The notes beneath the pieces were generated by a model. The model had not been told where the DNA came from. It ran no database searches and saw only the letters and a list, made by a program, of their open reading frames with translations. Positions 46,201 to 59,602 of a stretch of DNA of 64,000 bases are shown piece by piece. The stretch lies in assembly GCA_030390025.1 (NCBI GenBank), contig CM059432.1, positions 85,500,001 through 85,564,000 of the forward strand, written 5' to 3'. The translations under genes were made by a program, and so were the position numbers. The DNA is from Squalus acanthias (lineage: Eukaryota). Within the stretch, counting starts at the first letter, position 1; the number at the start of each line of letters is the position of its first letter.

Positions 46201-49099
46201 TAGGGGAGAAGCAAGGTTTTTTGGCCACAATCTTTCCTTCCAGTTTTATTGTTTTTGAATGCTGTTATATGTCTATTTCCACAAGTAAACACGAAAAATG
46301 GGGCCACTACCTAAATCAATAGCAGTAAGTGATGTACTATATATAGAGAAAATGTATGCACCTCACCCACTTAAAATAGGTGCATGTGGAGTTGTGGGAT
46401 CTGGCCTGCTGGCGTAGGCTTCTTAAAGGGAGATGACAGTTTGAGTTCTGTTTTTGTATTTTCAATTACTTTTTTTCTGCGCTTTGCTCTGTGTTGGTTT
46501 TGCTAGGTTGTCTGCCATTTTGGGGGGTTTTTCCTGCTAATACTTACATTCATTGGTATTCCTTATTATTATTTGATGCTGGCATTTAAATCGGAGCATA
46601 TAAAGGAGTGAGGATATGTATTCCTATGAGAACTCTGAATGCAGTCATGATTTACATGAGGAAGTGGTGTTCATGAGGAGCTAACAAATGATAGTGCTAC
46701 GACCCATGAGGTATTTTGTCCGCATCTGTCACCATCCCGGGACATACATTTATAGTCCCCTCCACATGTACCTGGACATATCAGCAGAGACCCGCATTCC
46801 ACTTGACTAGGCAAGGTTGGCACAGAATTGGATTGTCAACTGCAGGATGACCTGCAGACAGCACCTGGAACAGGGTCCTAGGTAATTGCATTGACTCAGC
46901 CAGCAATCTCACTCCGTGCAGTTTGAATCTCTGCATTTAATGGCAAATGGCCTTCAGCCTCAGAAAGGCCCACCATCCTGCAGCAGGATTTCCAACTCTT
47001 TGCCATTAAAGGGAGCAGTGTTGTCCACATGAAACTGCTGTTCCTTTGTGAACAATTAGTCCAGTTTACTTCCACCATCCCAAGTCTACCTGTTATGGCA
47101 AACAGCCCCTCCCCCCTTTAAGACCTCTCTCTTGATGGATTTTGCACTCCTCAGCTAAGTGTGCTACAGGCCAAGGTCCTTCAGCAAGCTTCTCATGTGG
47201 CAGTAGCCTAACCAGATTAGGTGGAGCTTTTGCCATGGTCCAGCTCAACCCCATTCCTGCCAAATTTGCACAATCAAGGCTTTATTCTTTTTAAAACTGT
47301 GTCCATGAGCATCACTGAGTGTAATTTTAATTGTAATACAGAAGCTAATGGCAAATATTTGAAAAAAAGTTATATTTCTTTTAATACTTAATCAAAATTA
47401 ATTCTTTAAAAAACAAAATGAATTTTTTTTTACAGAATTCAACCCTGATTTTTTTTTATCCTAAATGAGCATCATCTTCCTTTTTCCATTTCAATCTACA
47501 CAAGGCACTGACACAAATTGCATCAAAATGTATCATTGCATCACTCACATGTGAACTCATTGTGATGAAAGTAACACAGGGCTCTTCTGGCTCTGTCCCA
47601 TAAGCTCAAAATCAAAATGGGTGCTCCCTATGTTTACCATCGTAAATGTCCTGTATTATGGGTGGAGCAAATAATACACAAAAAAGTGGGTGGTTTTGGA
47701 TAATACAAGAACATTGACATTGCAAAGTACAATTAAGAATATTGACATTGCAAAGTACAATTGAATAGCAATCATTAACAGGAGTAAACACCATCTTAGT
47801 GCATAGAGAATGATTGAAATGGTCAAAGAAAAAGCCACTGGGCCGTTTTATCAGTTTTTTTCTCTCACTTTGGAATACACAGTTGTATTCATTATTGATG
47901 AATTATAAATATGAAAATCTATCAAGTAGGAGCTCCTTATACCATGGTTCCATATTCAACAATCCTACAAAACAAAGAAGATTGGTTTCATGTAATATTG
48001 TACTACAGCAAACACCTACTACGTGAAAAGGCAGTTATATGAAGTAGATATCTAAAAGAGGGTTTTTTTGTGCCTTCTTATGTTGTTAGGCCTTTATCTA
48101 TTTTCATATTTTTGGTATTGACATTTATACAGCATGTTCATTCTACCTTTTGGCAATGTGTTGACTTAAACTGGTGAGTTTTAAAATGGTGCATTTACAC
48201 GCACAGGATCCATCAATTTCATATTAAAATCCATCGGTTAGATTTCCCCACTGATAGTAAGAGGAAGCAGTAGTTATACCAGCAACACAGTCAATTTTTA
48301 TTTGTCAGTAATCGTGAAAATGGACTGCTAAGAGCTTTCAATATCGCTCCACTCTAACACCCGTGGACTGTTGTAAATCCTGCTGGTTACCCCTACCACT
48401 GTAGAGCTGAATTTGCTGAAAGTGTAGCTCCCCCATAAAGAGAGCTCGAATTAGCTGAAAGAATTAGCTCAACAAAATAACATCATAATAATCGCATTTA
48501 TATAGTGCCTTACCACATCAAAATGCCTAAAGCACTTCAAATTATTTTTGAATTAAGGTACACAGTGCACACACTCCTATCCCTCCACGTTTGACTGCTT
48601 TCAACAATGACTTAATTTGTCAAAATTACATTCCACACATATGATTCAAAGTGAAAATCTGTAATATCAAGATTCTGAATTCAAAAATACTAGAGGGCGC
48701 AGTACACCACCTAACACTCCAAACTTATTTAGGATAGCTCTGCAATGGATGGAATTAGAAATGAGTGTTTAAAATTATTTAAAATAAAATAGAGTAGGAG
48801 CTAGTTGGATTTTTTTCTTTCAGAAGGCAGCTTATAGCCTATTGTAGCTCCTGCATTCTGTTTGTAATGAAAATAATTTTCCAACTTGAAAGGATAGGCT
48901 TGTTGTGCTATATTCAGTGCCAACAGAGTGGGACCAATTTTCTTCTACATTATGCCCCATATGCGTGGATGGGGTATAACAGAGCATAACATTAGGCTCC
49001 AAATTCCGGTTGGTTTTCAAACGGATTGTGGATCCCAAGCTGTTGGGAGCTTAATTGCAACATATAAAAGAATGTGTGGAAGTTCCACACCCCACACTA

Positions 49100-49931
49100 G
49101 GGCTGGATTTTAAGGAGGAAGGTGGGTTGGGAGTGGGGGGCCTCCAAGACGGTCGGGAAACCCAGGAGGCCGGGTTTCCCGCAGGCCCTGCCAACTTTAA
49201 TGCAGGGCCTGATTTGCATGCGAGGCCTCAGTTTCCTGTCCACAGCTTGCCAGATTGAAAGGCTGGCTGGCTGTGGGCGGGTAGGCCTGCGGCACTAGGC
49301 CGCACAGAGGGGGGAGGGTTCGCATGGGGGCCGGGCCATTAAAAGGATCGGGTGGGGGGGCTTGGGCAGAGGATTGGATTGGGGGTAGAGAGGATCAGGG
49401 CCGGATGATCGGGATGGGAGGATGAAAGGAAGATTGTGGCCGGCCGCCGGAGGATCGTGGGGGGGGAGAGAAGATCATGGCCGGCCTCAGCATCATCGGT
49501 GGGTGGGGGGGGGGGAGGCCTGGGAGGGGTGATCGGAGGCCTGGTGGAGGGGTCTCCGATCGAGGGGGGTGGGTTAGGTAGGGACCCTGGATCCAGGAGG
49601 TAGGTATAAATGCACTTACCTCCTGGATCCAGCAGTCCCCGCCTTGCTGTAACTGCCAGGTTTTACAAATTGTGTAAAACCTGTCCACATGCAGTTGAAA
49701 ACAAAATGGAGGTTAAAAAAGAAGCTTCCAGCCTCATTATAATATTTACATTGGCAACCCACTTCCTGGGAGCAGGTTGGCTGCCCGCCCCCATCCTGCT
49801 TCCCGTCCCGCCTCCGTTAAAACCGGAAGTGGGCAGGTTGGAGGCGGGTTCAGGTCGGGAATCCGATTTTTACCAATTTAAGTACCCCATGCACCAAACC
49901 CACCCGTTTTTTTTAGGTTAAAATTCCCCCC
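49100..49931. mobile_element. Harbinger-type MITE (same family as 42303-43126)
   Basis: Ends GGGCTGGATTTTAA and TTAAAATTCCCCCC with CTA TSD. Collinear with 42303-43126. Confidence 0.88.
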
Positions 49932-50699
49932 CTAGGTTTCTGGTTGGTGTTGGAGGCCAAGTCCAACCCATGGCCAGGGAACCTGGGGAGTAGAAATTGG
50001 TATGCATTTCGCCCAGTTTTCAGGTGTAAAATGGGTGCAACAAATGCCAATTTTGGGCCCGATCTGCACCTGATCTGCGCTTGTGGCATGGTCATCGCTA
50101 TATTGGTTCTCACTGTTTTAGATGCAATGTTGGATCAATTTAAATATATAAAAAATGGTCCTGTGCCTATCTTAGGACCCTGTGAAAAATTAGTGAAAAA
50201 TTAGGCAGAGCATGCATAGTTTATCCAGTTCTACAACGGCATAAACAGCGATCCTTAAAGGATGACCCTTGGGCTTCTGGCTTCTGCGTGCTTGCAGCAC
50301 ATCATCTATTTTGGACCCAGAAATAGGCCTAATTGGATTTCTACATCCTGGTGTCTAAGGTTACCATGAGCAGACCTTTCAGGCAGGAGGTCATTCAAAG
50401 AGCATAAATATCAAAGCAAAGTATATTTAACCTATTTTTGTTATTTATTTTTGTTATTTTCTTGCTAGCACTTGGGCTGTCAAGAGCCTTTGTGCCCATT
50501 GTCCTTAATTTTTTTTTGCTTTCAACACCATTATTGGCACCAATGAATTTCCCAGTTGGAGTCCTCTGAGCTGATGTGTTTGGAAGAAAAGGGGGACGTA
50601 TAAAGTGATGCCGGGCATGTAACATTGCCCAAGAGATAATCCGTGCACTCCCACCAGTACCCGCACACCTGTATCTGCGGAGAGAGGTGAAATTACCTC

Positions 50700-51490
50700 A
50701 CTTCAATAGAGCCATTCACCCATCACCGGCTCACTGACCTACATTGGCTCCTGGTCCAGCAATGCCTCGATTTTAGAATTATAGAATCATAAAATCATAG
50801 AATGATACATCACAGAAGGAGGCCATTTGGCCATCGTGCCTGTGCCGGTTCTTTGGTAGAGCTATCTAATTAGTTCCATTCCCCTGCTCTTTCCCCATAG
50901 CCCTGTAAATTTTTTCCCTTCAAGTATTTATCCAATTCCCTTTTGAAAGTTACTATTGAATCTGCTTCCACCACCCTTTCAGGCAGTGCATTCAAGATCA
51001 CAACAACTCACTGCATAAAAAGGAATGTCCTCATGTCGCCTCTGGTTCTTTTGCCAATCACCTTAAAACTGTCGTCTGGTTAACGACCCTTCTTCCACTG
51101 GAAACAATTTCTCCTTATTTACTCTATCAAAACTATTCATGATTTTGCTCATCCTTATGTTCAAATGCCTCTCCCTATCTCTGTGATCTCCTCTAGTCCT
51201 ACAACCCTCGGAGAACTCTGTGTTCCTCCAATTCTGGCCCCTTAAGCATCCCCCACTTCCTTTACCCCACCATTGGCAACTGTGCCTTCAGCCTTCTGGC
51301 CCTAAATCTCTCTGCCACTCCAGCTCTCTCCTTCCTTAAGATGTTCCTTAAAACCTACTCTTTGACCAAGCTTTTGGTCACCTGTCCTAATGTCTACTTC
51401 TTTGGCTCAGTGTCAATTTTTGTCTGATTACGCTCCTGTGAAACACCTTGGGATGTTTTACTACATTAAAGGCGCAAGTTGTTGTTGTTA
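50700..51490 (+). mobile_element. L2-clade LINE 3' end interrupted by a reverse-oriented CR1 3' fragment (about 50781-51147)
   Basis: L.DLHWL and LLKTY-like coding remnants with a (gtt)n tail. The insert starts with atagaatc repeats, the reverse complement of the CR1 terminus. Confidence 0.7.
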
Positions 51491-54229
51491 ATGCTGGTGG
51501 AACCTCTTCTTCCCAAAGAAAATTGAACGAGCAGGCCCCTGATGGTATCACTAAAATATGTGAATGCTTGAATAAACATTATTCTCAATGGTTCTTCAGA
51601 AGCACCCTAATCACAGTATGCCATTCTTTAAGTGGTACTGCATGAATGAAGCCATGCCAGGGTAATCAAGAGCCAGTTTCGCCTGATTGGCTGCACCCAC
51701 CAAGATGCCACCAAACACTTGTCAGTGACTGTATTCCAGGGTCTGGGGCAGCAAAGAGGCAGATGCAGAGCTGTATCAGTTGCTGTAAGATTGCCTGCAA
51801 TGACCATGAAGCACAGGGTGATGCATGCAGGGACATTAACAGTCAACTTGGCCTGAAACTTGGTGGCACCTCCTGTCAGGCATGCTGTAATGTTGATGGT
51901 ACTGTGGAGTGACACAGGGGGCAATCCTCTCACAACCACCTCATGCAACATCACCTCCACTTCTACTGCCATCAAACAGGAGGTCAGATGATGGGCTACT
52001 CATCACCTGTTTGCATTCATGCCTGCCACTAGAGTTCTTGTTCCCTTCATTTTTGCCTGCCCCTTGGCAAAGGCTGCTAATGGATTGAAATGCCTTATAA
52101 GGCTTTTTGACAGTTTTCTTAATTTTTGTCCTCCCTTTAATTGTCCCCATTCTTTTAAATTTCACTTACAGATTTCCTCACCCACCACTAGTGTGCCTGT
52201 CTGAGTATGCATCTGGTGCTGTGAATAATTCTATAAATGAGCTTACAACAGAGATGGAATACTATTTGGAGTAGACCTTTCAGGAAGGCTTTTCACCAGT
52301 TCTTAAACAGAACTGATTTAGATCTGTAGACATAAATTGGCCCCCGTAGGCCCACCAAATGTGTAAAATTATTTTTGGATACTTCTACACTTCAAAGAAT
52401 GCTGACTGAAATTTAATATAGACTTTAAAAACAATGTAATCTAATTATGCTGTTCCACAGTCTTGTCAAAGGAAGCGTGTGTTTTTTTGGGGTGATGGAA
52501 ACACACTCAAAATTAGAATCTGATATTTTATAAACTGGCAGAAAGGGGTTTTCATATTAACTTAAGAGGTTAATATAAATAGTGTTAAATTGGTAATTCA
52601 TTTTCAAAGACTTTGATATATTTCATTGTGATAAGGCTTTACATAACTACAAGTGTTATTATTAGTAGTACTGCTGCTTTATAAAGTTCATTTTTAGGAT
52701 AAGAACATCTCTCATTTGACCGGACAACAGCTCTCAGAAATATTAGAAGTAGTCTGTAGGATTTATTCTTTTTTTTAATGATACAAAACTAAATTATTGA
52801 CTTAAAATGAAACAGCTAAGGGGATAATAGCCAGTCTCACTCCATAATTTGAAATCGTAAAATGAACAAGTATCGATTAAAAAGAATGGATGTTGGTCTG
52901 AATTTATTAAATTCAGCAAATTGTGATATGTGTATCAGCGTTTCTCTTATTTTAAACAAGCCCCATAGCTTACTTGTAATATCTTCAGCCATTCCTCCCT
53001 ACCGCAGTGCTAACTAGTGCTCTTGGTGGTGCCTACATGCTACATCAAATGTACTACAGTATAGGACAACTATAACGAAAAACTATATATAAAATTATTT
53101 CAAATCAAGTAACACTAAATCAGCCTAGATTATAAGCATTTTAATTCCGGGCTGCTAGCTTGCACTATATTGTAGCAATCTGTAACTGAGTCTCTTTCCT
53201 GATGCTTTTTTTGTCCGTACACAAAGCAATTAAAGACAGTTGTTAACAGAAGCAACACAGTGTATTGATGCTTCACTCAGAGGCAAGAAAGGAAAAATTG
53301 GCTGCTATTGTATACCTCGTAGCAACCAGTTATGAAGCAACATTAGCAAACATGTAGAAGCAGCTTATCTAATAAATTGTCCTCTATGTCAGGGAATGGT
53401 GCCTTGTACAAAGGAAATTAAAGAGGGGAGCAAAATAAAAAAGAGCTGAAGAAATAAATATATTAATAATATCCATCTGTTTTAATACCGGAGCTGTGTT
53501 GCCATGACTGTTTCAACGATGTTTTCCTTTTCCCCATTCTAGTAGCTGATACCTAACCAAGTCTCTGAGAATTCAATTTTAAGATGATCCAGCAGAGTTA
53601 CACTGCACTGAACTTCAAGACGAATATTGCAAACTCATTGTAGTGCCCATAACAAGTTATGTGCAGAGAGACAATCTTGTACAATCTTCACCTTGACCCA
53701 GAGAATTGAGAACAATGTCATGTATGTTTATGATAAGAGAAGAGCTGGTACCTGAAGCAAAGCATCACACTGATAACTAGGCTTTGTTCATTTTGTACTT
53801 TCAAACTATCAAGTGAGTGCAATTGTTAGGATTTGTTTCATTATGGAATCAACAGGATGAGAGTATAAAATTAAAGGGCTAGAAATTCATTATAACCCAG
53901 GAATGGGCAGTATAATTAGAAAAATTGAATAATTAGCGCCAGGCACTAATGCTTTAGACTGCACGCAAAATTCGTACTCACTGCTCAAAGCAATGATTGG
54001 AGTCCTAATTCAAGTCTGGAAGCCCATGCTCATTGACGTTACTCTCAAATGGTGGACCAATATCAGGTGCAGTCTAATCACAAGTCATGATTGCCACAGG
54101 CTTTTTCCAGTTCTTAAAGGGGAGGTTCATTGCTGCTGCAGAACCTCATTCTCAGCATTGCTGGCTGTGCAGCTGCTTCAGCAAGCAGCAGCAGGTCAAG
54201 GAGAAGGAGCCAGAGGACTGAAGCAGCTG

Positions 54230-56124
54230 TACTCATAGCAGATCAACACCTCAGGGAGAGAGCCCGCAGGTTCTGCGATCAAGCATTGGAGGCGTTGGTG
54301 TTCGCTGTGGAGAGGCGGAGGGCGGTGCTCTACCCGGCAAGTGGCAGAGGCCCACGCCTCAAGTCTTCCGCACCATGTGAAGGGAGGTAGCGCAGCACAT
54401 CTCGGACAGCATTCTGGTCGCCAGGATCCACACACAGTGCAGGAAAAATTTTTACGACCTCACTCGGGTGGTCAAGGTGAGTGAATGCTTCTACAAATGC
54501 TACGTACCACCATCTGAACCACAGTCTTCACACATTGCCAAAAGCACCACACCCCCAGCACTCACCCACCAACAATCTCTACCTACCGACACTCACACCC
54601 ACATCTCACACCTTGCACACAATACAGCTATTCAACTATGGCAGGCACATCATCCAAACACATTGCTCCACACTCACTCACACACTTTCCTTTCTCTTGC
54701 AGGCCAAGGTGGCTCACAACAGGAGGGAGCAGGTGCGCACAGGCGGGGGACAAGCCAACACCCAACCACTGTCTGCATTGGAAAATAGAGTGCTGCAGAT
54801 TATTGGGCGCCAGGTGGTGGGCCAGCGATGACGTTGACCCCCTTGGGGACAACAACGGCATGTTCATCCCTACTCCTTCTTCTCACATCCCACTTCCCCC
54901 TCACCCACAAGTGTTTCGTACTTTCCAGCTAAACATGCTGTATGCATGCATTTCTCCCTTCCTGCCCCCCTCTCCTCACCTTAACCCAACTCTTGTGCCT
55001 TTATGCTTTCAGATAATGAGCAAGCACCTGAGCAGCCTGTCCCTGAGGGCACCGTTGAGAACGAGGCGAGAGAAGAGGAAGAGGAAAAACACACCGCGTC
55101 ACTGCATATCTCACCCGCAGGCACCAGCTCAGATACTGGCACTACGTGTTCTTTAGAGGCTAGTATAGTAGCGGGATCTGCACAGGGTGAGGCATCGGGG
55201 ATGAGTGGGCTGCACCAAGGCCAGAGGGAGAGGGTAGCTCAGGGGGCAGCTCCCCAGAGGACGAGTTCGCGCGCGAGTTCTGCCACACAGGACTCAGATG
55301 AAGACCTCGATGGAGAGGCGTTTAGAAGAAGGGTGATGGGCGCGGAGATGAGAGGTGCACTGGCAAGGGTGCCTGACAGCCTCTCAGCAATGATAAGGAG
55401 CGTGGAGGAGTCCACCTCCAACATTGCACAAGGCTCTGGGCACACCATGGAGTCCATCATTTCTAGTCTGCAAAGGATGGTAGACTCCCAGAGAGACTAT
55501 GGTGACCCAGACGTGATGCAGTGTGTGATGGGCGATCGGGCAGCTTTCATTGCAGCACAGGCGGAAGCGGCGCAACGTCTTAGTGCTGTAATGCAGTCTA
55601 TGATTGGTGGCATCCAATCTCAGACTGCCATCATGCAGTCTCAGCTTGATGCCACGCAAGCTCTGACTGCTGCCATCGTGGCTGGGTCTACCACCATCGA
55701 CCGGGGCTTTCACGGTGTCTCAGCAGGCCAGCAATCTGTGCTGCAACAGATTGCTAGGGATGCTGAGGTGCTGCCCCGGGGGAGTGGCAGTGGGTCAGTG
55801 GAGCAGGAACCTGCTGTCCTCTCTCAGGATGACAGCATTCCTGCTCCCACCACTGCCACTCCGCCATTGCCCTTGTTGCTGCCTGACATCCAGCCAGCCC
55901 AGACAGCTGCCGCCCATGCTGAGGAGGCACAGTCTACAGCCGGGCCTTCCAGGCCCAGAGCTGGTCGAGGGCGTCCTGCAGGGCCATCTGAAGTCTCCCG
56001 TACGGACACTCAGCAGCCTTCCACCAGCCCTGCTGCAGCCACTAGGCCAAAACTTTGTAGGAGCACTAGAGTAGACAAAGGCACAGTAACGAGGTGCACT
56101 AAGGGACTGCACAAGGGTGAATAG
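54230..56124 (+). pseudogene. Harbinger Myb/SANT-like protein gene (3 exons, exon 1 frameshifted; start approximate)
   Basis: RERARRFCDQALEALV...QCRKNFYDLTRVVK followed by GTGAGT near 54478. Exon 2 AKVAHNRREQVRTGGG follows ttgcag near 54703. A long open exon 3 runs from about 55013 to 56124. Confidence 0.8.
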
Positions 56125-56129
56125 TTAAT

Positions 56130-56874
56130 GGGCCAGAAATTCGGCTCTCCGGCTTCCTGCGGGTGCAAGCATCGCGCACGTACTTACCTACCGCGCCTGC
56201 CGTTGTGCTTCGGGCCCACTAGGAATTCGGGTCCTGGGCCTCCTCCAGCTGCCAGTGCGCAGTGCTTGTGTATCCCAGGGGCGCAGATAGTTCGAAGCGT
56301 CCCCTGGGATCACGTGGGCCATGAAGAACCAATCCTAGCAGGGAATTTTCATTCATAGATTTGACAGGAAGGCCTGTCAAATCTATGAATAGAGATCAGC
56401 CGCAAAACCACACTAAAACTTCAAATACATTTTTAAAAAACCATCACATTTTTAAAATAACTATAAATTACATAAATTAACTACTTTAAACAAAAATTTA
56501 AATTTTTGAAAAAATTAATTGAACTTTTTAACGGTGCTAAAAATAAACTTACCTTTCTTTAAAGTATGTAAAAAAGATAAACCTGTTGAAAAAATGTTTA
56601 AATTGTAATTAATTAACCACTTACCTTGTTAAAAACAGGCCTTGCGCCTCCTTTTTAAATGTGCAGCTTTTCCATACTTACCCTCACGGAGAAACCTGAA
56701 AAAAAAAATGAAGTTCGCTGCGTGCGCGCTGCCTCTCCCGCGCACGCGTTCGACTTCTGAACCCCTCCGTTCAGGGGAACGGAAGTTCCGGTTTCCCTTG
56801 CATGCGCAGTGCATGCATGAAACTGGCACTTCAGGTGGCCTTACGGGTGAGTACACAGCGCGAATTTCTGGCCC
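56130..56874. mobile_element. Harbinger-type MITE nested in the two-gene element
   Basis: Perfect TIRs GGGCCAGAAATTCG and CGAATTTCTGGCCC with AAT TSD. Confidence 0.92.
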
Positions 56875-57038
56875 AATATTTTTTGTAAATATGTGTTCAC
56901 TGATTATTGATAAATATATTAATTCAGTTTGGATTCTTTTGTGGTATCTCTCATTTCAGCTTTGCGCTGTGATATGGTCTGCGACAGGGATGGAATGATG
57001 GGGATGTGGTGAGCAACGGGGATCTGGGGTTTAATTCA

Positions 57039-58231
57039 TTAGAACCGCAGTCTGATGAGGCGATCACGGACCACCCTTCCAGAAGGCAGATTGAGTGGCT
57101 GCCTCCTCCCTCGCTCCTGTTCCTCCTCCTCCTCATCATCATCTTCCGCTTCCCCCTCGTCCTCCTCCTCCTCCTCCTCCTCTCCCTCTTCCTCCTCCTG
57201 AGGTGGTCCCGAAATCCCTGGTGGCAAAGGCTGGGCCCACATGATGGCCAAGTTGTGGAGCATGCAACAGACCACCATGAAATGGGACACCTGCTCAACC
57301 GAGTACTGGAGGTCACCTCCCGAGCAGTCAAGGCAGCAGAACCGTTGCTTCAACAGGCTGATGGTCTGCTCGATGATGTTCCTGGTGGCAGCATGGCTCT
57401 CATTATGAGTGCTGGGCAGGAGTGTTGGGGTTGCAGAGGGGAGTCATGAGCCAGGTGGAGAGCGGATAGCCCTTGTCTCCAACCAGCCAGCCGCGAGCTT
57501 GATGTGGTGGCTGGAAGAGTGCTGGCACACCAGTCTGGCACAGGATGAAGGCATTGTGCCTGCTGCCAGGATAGCAGGCATTGACATTGAGGATTAGCTG
57601 TGTGTGGTCGCACACCAACTGCACATTAAGTGATTGGTAGCCTTTACAGTTACGGAAGATGTCAGGATTGTTATGCGGTGCCCGCAAAGCCACATGAGTG
57701 CTGTCAGTGGCACCCTGCACCATGGGGAATCCCGCTATCCTGGCAAAGCCACATGCACGCTCGTCCTGCTTCTCTCTGGTGATGGGGAAGGAAATGTAGT
57801 CCCTTCTCCTACTGGAGAGAGCCTCTGTGACCTCCCAGATGCAGCGATGGACGGTGATCTGCGAGATGTTCGCTATATCTCCTGTTGCAGACTGGAAGGA
57901 ACTGCTGGCGAAGAGATTGAGGGCGACGGTGACCTTGACTGCCACTGAGAGCCGTGGTCGACCTGATCTGAGGCTCAAGGTCTGGTTGCAATAGGTGGCA
58001 CAGTTCGGTGACCACATCCTTGCTGAAGCAGAGCCTTCTAATACACTGCTCCTTGCTTAATTGGAGGTAGGAGAAGTGTTCTCGGTATACCCTCGGAGGG
58101 TAAGGCCTCCTGTCGAGAGCCCTGATGGCTCTCCTCCTCCCTCTGGCCACATGTTCCAGTCTTTCTCGCTGCCTCCACTCCCTCCACTATAGATCCTGGA
58201 GGGCGAGGTTGACTGCTAGTACAGCCCCCAT
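57039..58231 (-). pseudogene. PIF/Harbinger (HARBI1-like, DDE_Tnp_4) transposase, frameshifted
   Basis: RRPYPPRVYR, VKVTVALNLFASSSFQ, GFPMVQGATDSTH, SLNVQLVCD, YPGSRHNA, LVGDKGYP, KQRFCCLD and CCMLHNLA spread over ORFs 57809-58150, 57403-58017 and 57039-57353. Confidence 0.93.
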
Positions 58232-58890
58232 TAATGTAACCAAGTGTAGCAGTTTAATTTTTTTAAGAATAAATGTAGCTACCTTTTAGTTGCCACAACA
58301 CTGTTGATACTAAATAACCTTGAAATCACGGAATGAGACTGTTGCACTATGTGCAACAGCTGCGATTCATTACTGATGATCCCTTTAAATAATGTCCCTG
58401 GAGCCGGCTTCCTGGTGCTTCACACCAGCTCTCCCTGTCGCTGTTTCCTCCAGGCGCTAAGGTAGCTGGTGACAATCTGTTTTGCAGATCGGGCAGTCCG
58501 TGAGCATTGCACACTCACTGACGTCACAATCCACCTGGCGTTGAAGCTCCCGGCGATAACTGTTAGCAGCGGTGCTGCGGGACGGGCGGGATTTACCTCG
58601 CCCCGGTGATAATGCTCAAGTGCCCCGTTAGTGCCATCTGCTGCCACTAACGGGAGGCGCTAAGGTACTGAATTTTTCCCCCTGTGCCTTCTGAAAAAGT
58701 TTTAGAAGATTATCAGAATCTGCGAATCTTATACGTAGAAATGGGATGAATGTGTCAATTTATCTTTTTTCCCTGAAATTTCTAAAATTGTCTTTTAATA
58801 TCAGGTTTAGCTGTTTGCAACCATTCCGTGGCACATTGGTTCTTTGTCACTGTCCTGCCACTAGTAAAAAGCCTTTTAATAATATTTAAT

Positions 58891-59602
58891 GGGGGAGAAA
58901 TTCATTATAGCCCCATTTGGGGCGCTAACTTTTAAAAGTTGAGAAAATTAGCATCAGGCACTAATGTTTCTAAACTTTTAAAAAATTTGGTTTTGCGCTC
59001 CACTTCCTTGGAGCGCAATCGGCAGCAGACAGGGCGGAGACTTCAACAGCCCTGTACACTGAGCCGTGCAGCGCTTCCGCGTTCAAAGGCTCCTTCCCTC
59101 CCTTAAAGGGAAGGGCCATCGTTGCAGGCTCTGCAATAGAAAAATTACCTATCTGGACCACCAAGGCAGCCGCGATCCCGCGCAATCAGCCCGGTACTCA
59201 AGCAGAGCACCGGGCTGATCAATCGCAGGCAGGAACCCGCGAAAAAAACTGGTACAAGAAAGGTAAGTTTTTTTTTAATTTACCTCGGCCACCTTGCCTT
59301 TAATCATTGCCCCCGAAGCGGCCGGCCGCCCGATGCACACCTCCTGTAGCTGTCGGTGTTTTCGACCGGAGCTGCTGCAGGGGGCGGAAGTCAATTTCGG
59401 TACTGGGGCGATGCGCATGGCGATGACGTCACGATCTCCGGGCAAAGGAGATCGGGGCGCAATGCTGTGGCGCTGCTGCGAAACTCCCGGCGAATATGGT
59501 GGGTGTCGATGTCAGCGCCGCGCCTGATCGCAAAGCCATTTGCGCCCCGTTAGCGCCCCCGGGGGCGCTAACGAGAGGCGCAAAGGCACCCAATTTGCCC
59601 CC
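58891..59602. mobile_element. Harbinger MITE whose ends resemble the adjacent two-gene element
   Basis: The left end GGGGGAGAAATTCATTATA...aattagc..caggcactaatg matches 53876 onward. The right end resembles 58600-58682. Confidence 0.8.

Larger units (their letters stand above)
53876..58682. mobile_element. Near full-length two-gene PIF/Harbinger transposon (convergent Myb/SANT gene and DDE transposase), decayed
   Basis: Ends GGGCTAGAAATTCA and TGAATTTTTCCCCC. Both canonical genes are present, with an internal MITE. No clean TSD. Confidence 0.88.

Noticed and set aside
47712..47766. Short tandem duplication of attgacattgcaaagtacaatt
   Set aside because: A simple two-copy local duplication with no evident function.
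57039..58231. Domesticated host HARBI1 gene
   Set aside because: Frameshifts and stops, TIR-like ends and a linked Myb gene indicate a decayed transposon.
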